Source: a virus. From it: a stretch of DNA of 64,000 nucleotides. Made by a program: the position numbers and the translations under genes. Shown here piece after piece: positions 57,051-64,000 of the stretch (positions are counted from its first letter, which is position 1; every line of letters begins with the position of its first letter). The stretch lies in IMG/VR virus record IMGVR_UViG_3300027901_000001. One strand, 5' to 3'. The notes under the pieces are model-generated. The model saw nothing but the letters and a program-made list of their open reading frames with translations, was not told where the DNA came from and ran no database searches.

Positions 57051-59087
57051 TCAAGTTATGCACCCGAAGTAACGACTCACCACTCTCGGACAAGGGGGCG
57101 CAGCACCCACTTCTTCCCCCTTATCCTGGGAATAAAAGTAGTCCGACACCCTAGCAGCGTAATCGATAATCCTGTTTTTGTGCCTCTCCAGAGCCCGAAC
57201 CTGCTCCCGAGTATAGGGCTTGTACTGATCGTGGGACCAATCGGCCGCCATATCCTGGCGGCGCGTGCGGATTTGGAGTTCCTTCACCTCACCGTCCTTG
57301 TCCACGATGTCCAGGTGGATGCTCCGATACTTCACCGCGCCCTGGGGATTACGCACCTTGTCATCAATGTTCTTGATCCTTATACCGTATCGCGCCCCCT
57401 TCCCTTTGATACTCTCAATAATATCATACACTTCTCCGATGGAACCGGCGATGATCCTGGTTCCGGTCACATCTCCCAGGGCACTCGCTGCCTTGTATTT
57501 GACGTTCTTTGCATCTGGCGGGGCGATCTTACCCAACATGCTATCGAGGTCCTTCAGCCGACCCGTTACCTTGTACCGGGGACCCGCCAGTCTTCCCAGG
57601 TCCCTCATAAATCCCTGCTGCCGCTTGGCGTGCTTGGCCCTCATCTCCTTCGCAGCCCGGATATGGTCACCAACGCCCAACGGCGCAATCAATCCCTGCT
57701 GCACATACCGCGCCATCCTCCGAATGGTACTAGCCAGCTCCTTCCTCTTCTTTGCCTGGGCCTCAGCATCTTCCACAACATCTTGAGCAAAGGTTCCCTT
57801 CACCTTCCGCCATTTACTCGGATCGGCGATTTTAACATGCACCCCCGTCTTGCGTTTACGCCGGGTGCCAATATCGTACTTGATTTCCTGCAAAATCCTG
57901 TCCAGCGGCGACAGCTCCCGTGACGCTCGAATACCCTTGGCCTCCGGCCATCTGGCCGCCAGCTTGCCCACGGTCACCTGGAGCCGAGCGGCCACATCCG
58001 AATCCAGGCGCTGCCCCAACAATTGCCCCGCGAAGGCCCGAGAAAAGCCCTCCTGCCCCTTTCCATTCCCCCAGGTCTCCCTGTCCCCCTTACCGAACTC
58101 CTGAAGCCACAGGCGTTCTGCGAGCGCCCTGAGCACGTTTTCGATGTTGGCCGAACCGGACCGCTGGGCATCGAAAATGAACAGGTCCGCCGTCGGGTCA
58201 TACTGAACAAAAGCAGTGCCTTTTACCTTGGCCGGATTCAGCTCCACCAGGCCGCCCGCCGCCGTCAACAGCCCCACACCGGTGAGCACCTTCGAGGCCC
58301 CCTCCAGCGCTCGCGTTACGTCCCGGACCTCGGAGCTGGTGTATCCCCACGTGTTCACGACCTCAAATCCAGCAGCCTTGAAAAATGGGTCTGCTTTACC
58401 CAAACCCTTAGCTGCCACCTTCCGAGCATCCCGAAGACCCCCGGCCAGCGCCCGCAACGCGGCCGACGCCTTCCTCGCCCCGGTGGGAGAGGTCCAAACA
58501 TTATGGGCAAGCCGCTTCAAAGTGGACCGGAGCTTACTCACCTCCGGCCGCTCACCCTCCAGGGCATCGGCGACGGGCTCTGCAAGCGCAGCCATCTGTT
58601 TGAGCTTCCAGGAAGCAGCCCCGGTAACCGACACCGCCACGGCCGTCTGCTCGATCTCCTTGGCGATAGCCTTGAGATAGGAGTCAGTCAGCGGGTCACT
58701 GCTGATCTTCGGAACGGCCTCTGTCAGATGCTCTTTCACCGTCACCGATCGTACCACCACCTGCGGGCCGGTCGGAGCATTTGTCGCCCTGGGCGGATCG
58801 TACCTCTTGAGCACCTTCACCGGCCACGCCCACAGCTCCCGGTCCTTTGGCCACCACTGCTGGCGCTGCTCATCGCTGATACGGTGCTCGCCCCGGCGAC
58901 GCTCAAACTGCTTAACGGTGAGCTTTTCCTGCTTGCCCAGCCGGACTGTACCGTACGCCTTCCGGCTACTGAGCAGCACGAACTCCTTGCCCGCGACATC
59001 AAAAGGCTTACTTTTGACGATGAGCTTCTTTTCGCCGTCGCGCACCATCTCCGCCATCGCGGTCGGCGAAAGGATGAGCCCCTCCAC
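57051..59087 (-). CDS. Multidomain protein: ASCH-like N-terminus, central domain, C-terminal RelA/SpoT (small alarmone synthetase-type) nucleotidyltransferase
   Basis: GRLKDLDSMLGK, GDVTGTRI, KYRSIH, ELQIRT, WSHDQYK. Confidence 0.88.
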   Translation of the reverse strand: MEGLILSPTAMAEMVRDGEKKLIVKSKPFDVAGKEFVLLSSRKAYGTVRLGKQEKLTVKQFERRRGEHRISDEQRQQWWPKDRELWAWPVKVLKRYDPPRATNAPTGPQVVVRSVTVKEHLTEAVPKISSDPLTDSYLKAIAKEIEQTAVAVSVTGAASWKLKQMAALAEPVADALEGERPEVSKLRSTLKRLAHNVWTSPTGARKASAALRALAGGLRDARKVAAKGLGKADPFFKAAGFEVVNTWGYTSSEVRDVTRALEGASKVLTGVGLLTAAGGLVELNPAKVKGTAFVQYDPTADLFIFDAQRSGSANIENVLRALAERLWLQEFGKGDRETWGNGKGQEGFSRAFAGQLLGQRLDSDVAARLQVTVGKLAARWPEAKGIRASRELSPLDRILQEIKYDIGTRRKRKTGVHVKIADPSKWRKVKGTFAQDVVEDAEAQAKKRKELASTIRRMARYVQQGLIAPLGVGDHIRAAKEMRAKHAKRQQGFMRDLGRLAGPRYKVTGRLKDLDSMLGKIAPPDAKNVKYKAASALGDVTGTRIIAGSIGEVYDIIESIKGKGARYGIRIKNIDDKVRNPQGAVKYRSIHLDIVDKDGEVKELQIRTRRQDMAADWSHDQYKPYTREQVRALERHKNRIIDYAARVSDYFYSQDKGEEVGAAPPCPRVVSRYFGCIT

Positions 59088-59090
59088 GCC

Positions 59091-59417
59091 TCACCTCAGA
59101 TTGGCGGCAAGAAAGGCAGCGATATCCCGGCGCGCCCCTTTCGGATCAGTCTCCCCCTTTTTTTCGATGGACTCGATCACCTTCTTCTGCGCATCCGCTG
59201 TGGCCCGCACCTTGGCCTTCTCGATCTCTCCTTCCAGATGCACACGCTCGATCTTGTCCCGCGCCCGCTCTGTAAAGGTCGGCGGCTTCAGCGGTCCCTC
59301 CGTAGGCTCCGGACCCCCTTTCGGCCCCAGCAGCTTCCACAGGATGGTAATGGCGAACCCGACACCGAGCGCGAACGCCCACCACCAGCGCCGAATAAAC
59401 CGCTTGACCTTTTTCAT
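59091..59417 (-). CDS. N-terminally anchored membrane protein with helical domain (i-spanin-like, tentative)
   Basis: KKVKRFIRR then WWWAFALGVGFAITILW. Confidence 0.55.
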   Translation of the reverse strand: MKKVKRFIRRWWWAFALGVGFAITILWKLLGPKGGPEPTEGPLKPPTFTERARDKIERVHLEGEIEKAKVRATADAQKKVIESIEKKGETDPKGARRDIAAFLAANLR

Positions 59418-59594
59418 CTAGCCCTCGGTTAGATATTGGCGGCGGTCCGGCGTGGGCATGTCATCGGTCAGCATCTTGCGGCCCTGCTGGTCCTTGATCT
59501 CCGTGTGACCGCAGTTCTGACAAGTGATCTTCACCCTGCCCTCATCCAGGCCCTCGGTGAGGACCTTCTCAGAACCACATCGTGAACACTTCAT
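59418..59594 (-). CDS. 58-aa Zn-ribbon protein absent from the ORF track
   Basis: MKCSRCG..VLTEGLDEG..CQNCG..MLTD..YLTEG*; GGAG RBS; stop abuts the next ATG. Confidence 0.7.
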   Translation of the reverse strand: MKCSRCGSEKVLTEGLDEGRVKITCQNCGHTEIKDQQGRKMLTDDMPTPDRRQYLTEG

Positions 59595-59604
59595 CTCCTT
59601 CTCC

Positions 59605-60186
59605 TTATTTACTGAAAACGCGGTATTTTTTCCAAATGGTCTCCATAAATGAATTCGCCGCTTTGTCGACCGCCCTAAGAAACGCCGCCTTGTCCTTGCG
59701 CTCCATGTGTTCCGACTTCACGGCCTGGTCCAAATCGTCAATGAATTTCCGTATCAACCTCGATGACGCATCGTAGAACGGCGGCCTTTCCTCCTTCAAT
59801 TCTTGCTCCTCCTGTACCGGCGGCGTGTACCCGTGGTCCTTCTTGCCGGTCTGGGGCTTCGTGGTGTCCCTCTGGCCAGGCAGTCGACTGCCTGCCTCCT
59901 TGGCCAACCGCACCAGGTCGGCGTCGGGCACCTCGGTAATCGCACTAGCCACGGCCCGGCCGCGAGCATCGAAATAGACAATCCCCTGAGAACCGTTGGC
60001 CATCCTGAACCGATGCCGGTCCGGAATGCACTTCCGGAGCACGAAGCTCTCCAGCTTCCGGCGCTGCTCGGGATCGGACAACAGCGGCCATCCGCTCACG
60101 TTGTAATCGGGGTCGAACTCGGGGTGATCGACCTCGCCATCCAGCTTCTGCTGCTCGGTAAGATGGGAAAAAATATGCTCCAGCAT
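59605..60186 (-). CDS. Hypothetical protein
   Basis: 193 aa; ATG overlaps the upstream stop. Confidence 0.7.
   Translation of the reverse strand: MLEHIFSHLTEQQKLDGEVDHPEFDPDYNVSGWPLLSDPEQRRKLESFVLRKCIPDRHRFRMANGSQGIVYFDARGRAVASAITEVPDADLVRLAKEAGSRLPGQRDTTKPQTGKKDHGYTPPVQEEQELKEERPPFYDASSRLIRKFIDDLDQAVKSEHMERKDKAAFLRAVDKAANSFMETIWKKYRVFSK
59877..59894. repeat. Dispersed palindrome copy 8 (extends to 18 bp)
   Basis: CAGGCAGTCGACTGCCTG (encodes GSRLP). Confidence 0.95.
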
Positions 60187-61217
60187 CAGGACCTCTCTTT
60201 CGGCTGCTGTACCACTTTACCACCGCCGATCCGCTCCCGGCCACCTTTCCCACGCTTGCGGCTCCGGATGACTGGACCGTCCACGTAGTTCTCGAACCGA
60301 GCCGGATCCGCCGGAGGCACGAACTGGGAAGCCGACGGGCTCGTACCGACGCCATGCGCAGAGCCGACAGGTACTCCCGTGTACGCCAAGCCAGGAGGAT
60401 AAGCGGGCGGCGTCTTGGGCGGCAAGACAATCTCGAATAGCGAATTAAACCGGCCACGCTCGCTGGCTTCCGACTTTCTGGCACCGTGTGGCATCGGAAT
60501 ACGGCCCTTGCAGAACTGGGCCAGAACAGCGTTGAGATTCCGCGTGGTGTGATCCGCCTCGAAAGACGACTTGGACCAGCCCACCTCCTCAGCGGCCTTA
60601 GCAACCCGCCGGAGCTTCGTGACCCACTGCAACCAAGCACGCCGCGCCCCGATCTCTCGCCGTTGAGGCTCAGGAACCCCCACCGCCCTTTCCAGCAGGT
60701 CATCCAACCGGAGGCAGCCACCTAGACATTCGGGCTCCGCAGCTTCATGGGTCTCCCAGGGAGGCTCACACTCTCCCTTCTTCATAATGGGCTTGCCATG
60801 CACCCCGCCACGCTGTTTCCCGTCAAACAGAATGTAGCACTCTTTCCCCGCTGGCTTCAGCTTCGCCATCCTAGCGCGAGCAGCCTTCTCATCGTCAAAT
60901 CCTTCCCCCAAAGGAATATCCTTCCCGGCCCAGGTCGTTCGGTGAATGATCTGGTATCGCTTCACCCCGGTTTTCACTCCGGGCGGCCGAAGGTACACCC
61001 GTCTCTCGCCCAACTCTGTCTCCTCAGCTTTCTTCTTGCCTGCCGCTATCACCTGCTGGGGCGTCATGCGCTCCTTGGATGTCACCCCGCACGCCCGCTT
61101 GAGCGTGCTCATGGCTATGGCGAAATGCTGGGTTCCCTTGGCCGTCTTGCCCCGGTAATACTCCCGCCGGATGTTCGCCTCAAAAGCATCCATCGAGCAT
61201 CTGCGGTCCAGCGGCAT
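60186..61217 (-). CDS. Multidomain hypothetical protein
   Basis: 343 aa; linkers ELGE and RLDDLLE. Confidence 0.7.
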   Translation of the reverse strand: MPLDRRCSMDAFEANIRREYYRGKTAKGTQHFAIAMSTLKRACGVTSKERMTPQQVIAAGKKKAEETELGERRVYLRPPGVKTGVKRYQIIHRTTWAGKDIPLGEGFDDEKAARARMAKLKPAGKECYILFDGKQRGGVHGKPIMKKGECEPPWETHEAAEPECLGGCLRLDDLLERAVGVPEPQRREIGARRAWLQWVTKLRRVAKAAEEVGWSKSSFEADHTTRNLNAVLAQFCKGRIPMPHGARKSEASERGRFNSLFEIVLPPKTPPAYPPGLAYTGVPVGSAHGVGTSPSASQFVPPADPARFENYVDGPVIRSRKRGKGGRERIGGGKVVQQPKERS

Positions 61218-61220
61218 AGC

Positions 61221-61472
61221 CTATCCTTGCTCTCGACGACCCTCAGCAACCAGGAAGAGGTAGTCGACTGCCTCTTTGCAGCCGTGCTCTTCGAGATATC
61301 CCCTTAAGGCTTTGTCCAGAATCCGGCCAGGGGTCAAGTTTTCGGCCTTGGCCTGGAGAAGTAGGGTCTCCCACATGGCCCGTGTGATCACCAGGACCAT
61401 CGCATCCCCGGCGTGCCTGATTATCTCCGATACGGCCTCATCTTCCTGGGAAAGCGCAATCGCTTTTGCCAT
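61221..61472 (-). CDS. Small protein, possibly ribbon-helix-helix-like
   Basis: VLVITRAMWETLLLQAKAENLTPGRILDKALRGYL. Confidence 0.6.
   Translation of the reverse strand: MAKAIALSQEDEAVSEIIRHAGDAMVLVITRAMWETLLLQAKAENLTPGRILDKALRGYLEEHGCKEAVDYLFLVAEGRREQG
61255..61276. repeat. Near-copy of the palindrome (1 mismatch, extends to 22 bp)
   Basis: AAGAGG-TAGTCGACTG-CCTCTT. Confidence 0.8.
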
Positions 61473-61474
61473 AC

Positions 61475-62317
61475 CTACAGCCCAAGCGGTCCAGCTATGG
61501 CACCGCCGATATCCTCCAGGATGCCGCCGTCCTCAGAATCCCCAGAAACCGCCAATGGATTCACAACTTCGCCCGCCAGCGTCATATCCGCACGATTGTG
61601 AAAGGCCACTTTACCCTCACTCTGCACCGTCTCAGCAAATTCCAGGGATATCTCCACGATACGCGGCCGACCGCTGGGGAACCACGCCTCGTAGGTGACA
61701 TCGCAGGTGGTCATCACACACACGATGTCGTGCTCGTCGATCTTGTGCCCCAGGTTCGTGCCGGGCAGCACCAGGATGCACTTCGGAGGCTCGAACACCC
61801 GCAGATCGTCCTGGATGTAGTACGGGTAGGTGAAATATCGCAGCCAATGAATCGCCGCCTCGATAGGCACATTCCTCATCGGATCCGCTTCCGGACCGCC
61901 CAGGCCAACAAAGCTGGCTGCCGATTCGACCGCGCTCACCACGGCTCCAATAGCCCCACCGATGCCCCCGGCCTTCTCCCTCGGGGGAGGCTCATGGTCG
62001 CGAGTAAAAACGGCCGTAAAGCTCAGCCGCCGCTCGCCGCCGTGGGTCCACTGATAGATGGGATGCGAGCCACCGGGAATGTTGCGGGGATTCCATTCCG
62101 ACGGGCGGCTATCGGTCAAGGACTCCGGCCAGTACTGAAACGCTATTCCGGCATCCTTGGCAGGCTCGGCCCCGACCGACAAACCGCTACCCTGTCCTAC
62201 CCACGGAGGCACCTCATCCTCAGCCAGATCAATGGCTTTCAGATAAGCCTGAGCCAGCTTCGGGTGATGCGTGCTCCCCGTAAGCTGAGTAATTATTCCT
62301 GTAGGCAGCGCGGGCAT
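61475..62317 (-). CDS. Contractile-tail baseplate / tube-initiator protein (CIS tube-like)
   Basis: FQYWPESLTD..IPGGSHPIYQWTHGGERRLSF..PPKCIL..CVMTTCDVTYE..GRPRIVEISLEFAE. Confidence 0.8.
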   Translation of the reverse strand: MPALPTGIITQLTGSTHHPKLAQAYLKAIDLAEDEVPPWVGQGSGLSVGAEPAKDAGIAFQYWPESLTDSRPSEWNPRNIPGGSHPIYQWTHGGERRLSFTAVFTRDHEPPPREKAGGIGGAIGAVVSAVESAASFVGLGGPEADPMRNVPIEAAIHWLRYFTYPYYIQDDLRVFEPPKCILVLPGTNLGHKIDEHDIVCVMTTCDVTYEAWFPSGRPRIVEISLEFAETVQSEGKVAFHNRADMTLAGEVVNPLAVSGDSEDGGILEDIGGAIAGPLGL

Positions 62318-62335
62318 ACTTCCATTCCTGCTTTA

Positions 62336-62548
62336 CTACGGCGGATCCTCTAGTGCCACGGTGAGATCGACAGGCGTTGGTATAATAACTTTTCCCACAA
62401 TCTTCCCGACCTGTTTATCGGTAGAAAGATTAAAACCGATAACCTTACCGGCGGTGATATCGGTCGCCAGATTACCAACCCATGCCCCTAACACCGCAGC
62501 ATCGGCAAAGGAAACCTCTATGTCTTCTATTTTTGTAGGCGGTGCCAT
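62336..62548 (-). CDS. Small hypothetical protein
   Basis: 70 aa; AGGAGAGG RBS. Confidence 0.65.
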   Translation of the reverse strand: MAPPTKIEDIEVSFADAAVLGAWVGNLATDITAGKVIGFNLSTDKQVGKIVGKVIIPTPVDLTVALEDPP

Positions 62549-62565
62549 TTTACCTCTCCTTCAAA

Positions 62566-64000
62566 TTAATCCAACGGCCCATTGAAAGCGGTAAGCGTTT
62601 GAATCCCGAAAACAACAAACTGAAAATAAATTACTTCTGTAGTCAAATCCTTATTACCGGTACTCCAATGATAACACGAGATGCGAAAGGTGTCGGTATC
62701 GTAAGCGTATCCTGAAAAATAATATCCCGGACTATCAGACGTAATTATGATGATCATGTCATCTTCGTCTGTAAAACTCTGTCTCAAATTGATATCTAGA
62801 TCGGGAGATTGTTTGACGGGATCCCCGTTAATATTGAAACCCTCTATCAAAGAAGGAGAAGCCCCGCTGTAACACTTTCCCCATGCCTTTGGAGCGTTTT
62901 TCGCTTTCAAAACGTTCCTCGGCACCGTGATATTTTTAGCAGGATTCTGGTCCGCACTAATTCCTCGGAAATCAACACCTGAACTCAACACTATCGCTTG
63001 CCCGTCAGCTCCTCCAGTTGGATTATCAAAAAGGCCACCTCCTTTGTCGCCTCTACCATATACGCCGTATCCCTGATCGGAACCCGGACCATCAAGACCA
63101 ACAACCCCGACGTTTCTATAGGAAGGCGATTCGGGACCACGTTCACCAGCCTGACCAAATACCCCAATACCACCCTCCCCCGCTCCATTTTCGGCATCAC
63201 CACCAAAGGCTTTTAATGCGGTATGCCCATCACCGTCGCTTAGTGCATCTCCCCCATAAATAATAACAGCGGGATCAAGGTAATACCCTGAATCCGTATT
63301 TTCACCATAAAATACTCCGGCAAGGCCATCGGTTCCTGCCACACACGCTACACCAGCACCTTGCGCCGAATCCAATTTTAGTGCCCCTAGTGCCTCTTCG
63401 GACGCGCCCTTGCCCCAAAACACACCGCCAACATCCTTAACCGTGGGTATATCACCACCATACTCACCCTTACCGAATACCCCCGCAGAGGCTTCGCCGC
63501 TGCCTTCTGCCATCCCATACATTCCAAACGCGGCATATCCTTCATCTGGATCAAGCGCTGCGGACAGCACTCCCATAACATGCTCACCTACCCCCGTTCC
63601 GTCTGCCACAGCATATATACCCCCTAACTTGCCCTCCGCCGCTATAGCAGGAGCGGTAAGGGACGGGGTTTCGCTGTAAATACCAGGGGCATCGGCAGCC
63701 ACGGCATGAATAGCAACATTGTCTTCCGATTCTACGAATATCCCTCTCCCCGATCCGGTCGCTACAATAGTTAGGGCATCAGTATCCGCTGGAGGCGTGA
63801 TGTCCATCGCCCCTTTGAAAAATGTATTAGCTTCAATGGTCCAATCAAACAGATCCACGTCATTGACAGGATCAGCCGTGATCTTTGCAGATATGGCACT
63901 GCCATCCGCCGGGCTGGTGTTAATTAATCTGATGGTCGAATCGGCCCATGTCGCCTCATCGTCCGGTAAGATAGCAGGGAAAAGCGCCAGAGCACTTCCT
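62566..64000 (-). CDS. Tail-fibre-like Gly-rich repeat protein, partial (frame open to the window edge)
   Basis: Repeated GxYG/GVFG motifs; C-terminal KAWG..SLIEGFNI; lower GC. Confidence 0.65.
   Translation of the reverse strand, partial: GSALALFPAILPDDEATWADSTIRLINTSPADGSAISAKITADPVNDVDLFDWTIEANTFFKGAMDITPPADTDALTIVATGSGRGIFVESEDNVAIHAVAADAPGIYSETPSLTAPAIAAEGKLGGIYAVADGTGVGEHVMGVLSAALDPDEGYAAFGMYGMAEGSGEASAGVFGKGEYGGDIPTVKDVGGVFWGKGASEEALGALKLDSAQGAGVACVAGTDGLAGVFYGENTDSGYYLDPAVIIYGGDALSDGDGHTALKAFGGDAENGAGEGGIGVFGQAGERGPESPSYRNVGVVGLDGPGSDQGYGVYGRGDKGGGLFDNPTGGADGQAIVLSSGVDFRGISADQNPAKNITVPRNVLKAKNAPKAWGKCYSGASPSLIEGFNINGDPVKQSPDLDINLRQSFTDEDDMIIIITSDSPGYYFSGYAYDTDTFRISCYHWSTGNKDLTTEVIYFQFVVFGIQTLTAFNGPLD

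Noticed and set aside
3616-59432. Long plus-strand ORFs (e.g. 3616..5127, 7688..8782, 37050..38093, 54407..55642, 58023..59432)
   Set aside because: Antisense shadows of well-supported minus-strand genes in GC-rich DNA; no recognisable motifs.
400-61276. Palindrome explained as a protein repeat or a SalI restriction-site effect
   Set aside because: It occurs in three frames and intergenically; the conserved unit is 14 bp, and many other GTCGAC hexamers lack the flanks.
1-64000. CRISPR array, tRNA or rRNA genes, integrase or transposase
   Set aside because: No regularly spaced repeats and no cloverleaf or rRNA motifs seen; the palindromes are kilobases apart.
1-64000. Stop-codon reassignment, as in some large phages
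   Set aside because: Genes tile densely with start-stop overlaps under code 11, and the recognised domains are intact.

Overview
A 64-kb segment of a large, GC-rich (about 60% by eye) dsDNA tailed phage or phage-plasmid. More than 100 tightly packed genes use the standard code, and all but two credible genes lie on the minus strand. The right end (about 55.5-64 kb) holds virion and lysis-type genes: a partial tail-fibre-like gene, a contractile-tail (CIS-tube-like) baseplate protein, a holin-like protein and a lipoprotein with a C-terminal TM. The rest is mostly small accessory genes: DUF5131, an RRM protein, RuvC-like, HAD, metallophosphoesterase, HNH, two ASCH-like paralogues, ATP-grasp, DUF1643, a 4x CCHC zinc-knuckle protein, a J-domain protein, DUF5662, YkgJ, a SAM methyltransferase, DUF3037-like and Gp157. 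Four patterns stand out. (1) A 14-bp palindrome, GGCAGTCGACTGCC, occurs 8 times exactly plus 3 near-copies, in all three reading frames and one intergenic leader. (2) There are two host-type parS centromere sites. (3) At least 8 otherwise unrelated proteins share an N-terminal leader ending in L-x-E, and some multidomain proteins (a ~1180-aa polyprotein, a RelA/SpoT-fused protein) carry similar acidic L-x-E linkers, suggesting a capsid-targeting and protease-processed cargo system. (4) Three tandem small genes start with twin-arginine (Tat) signals. A family of sigma70-like promoters, several apparently leaderless, is also visible. No CRISPR array, tRNA, rRNA, integrase or transposase was recognised. 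All family calls come from motif recognition by eye, not database searches.
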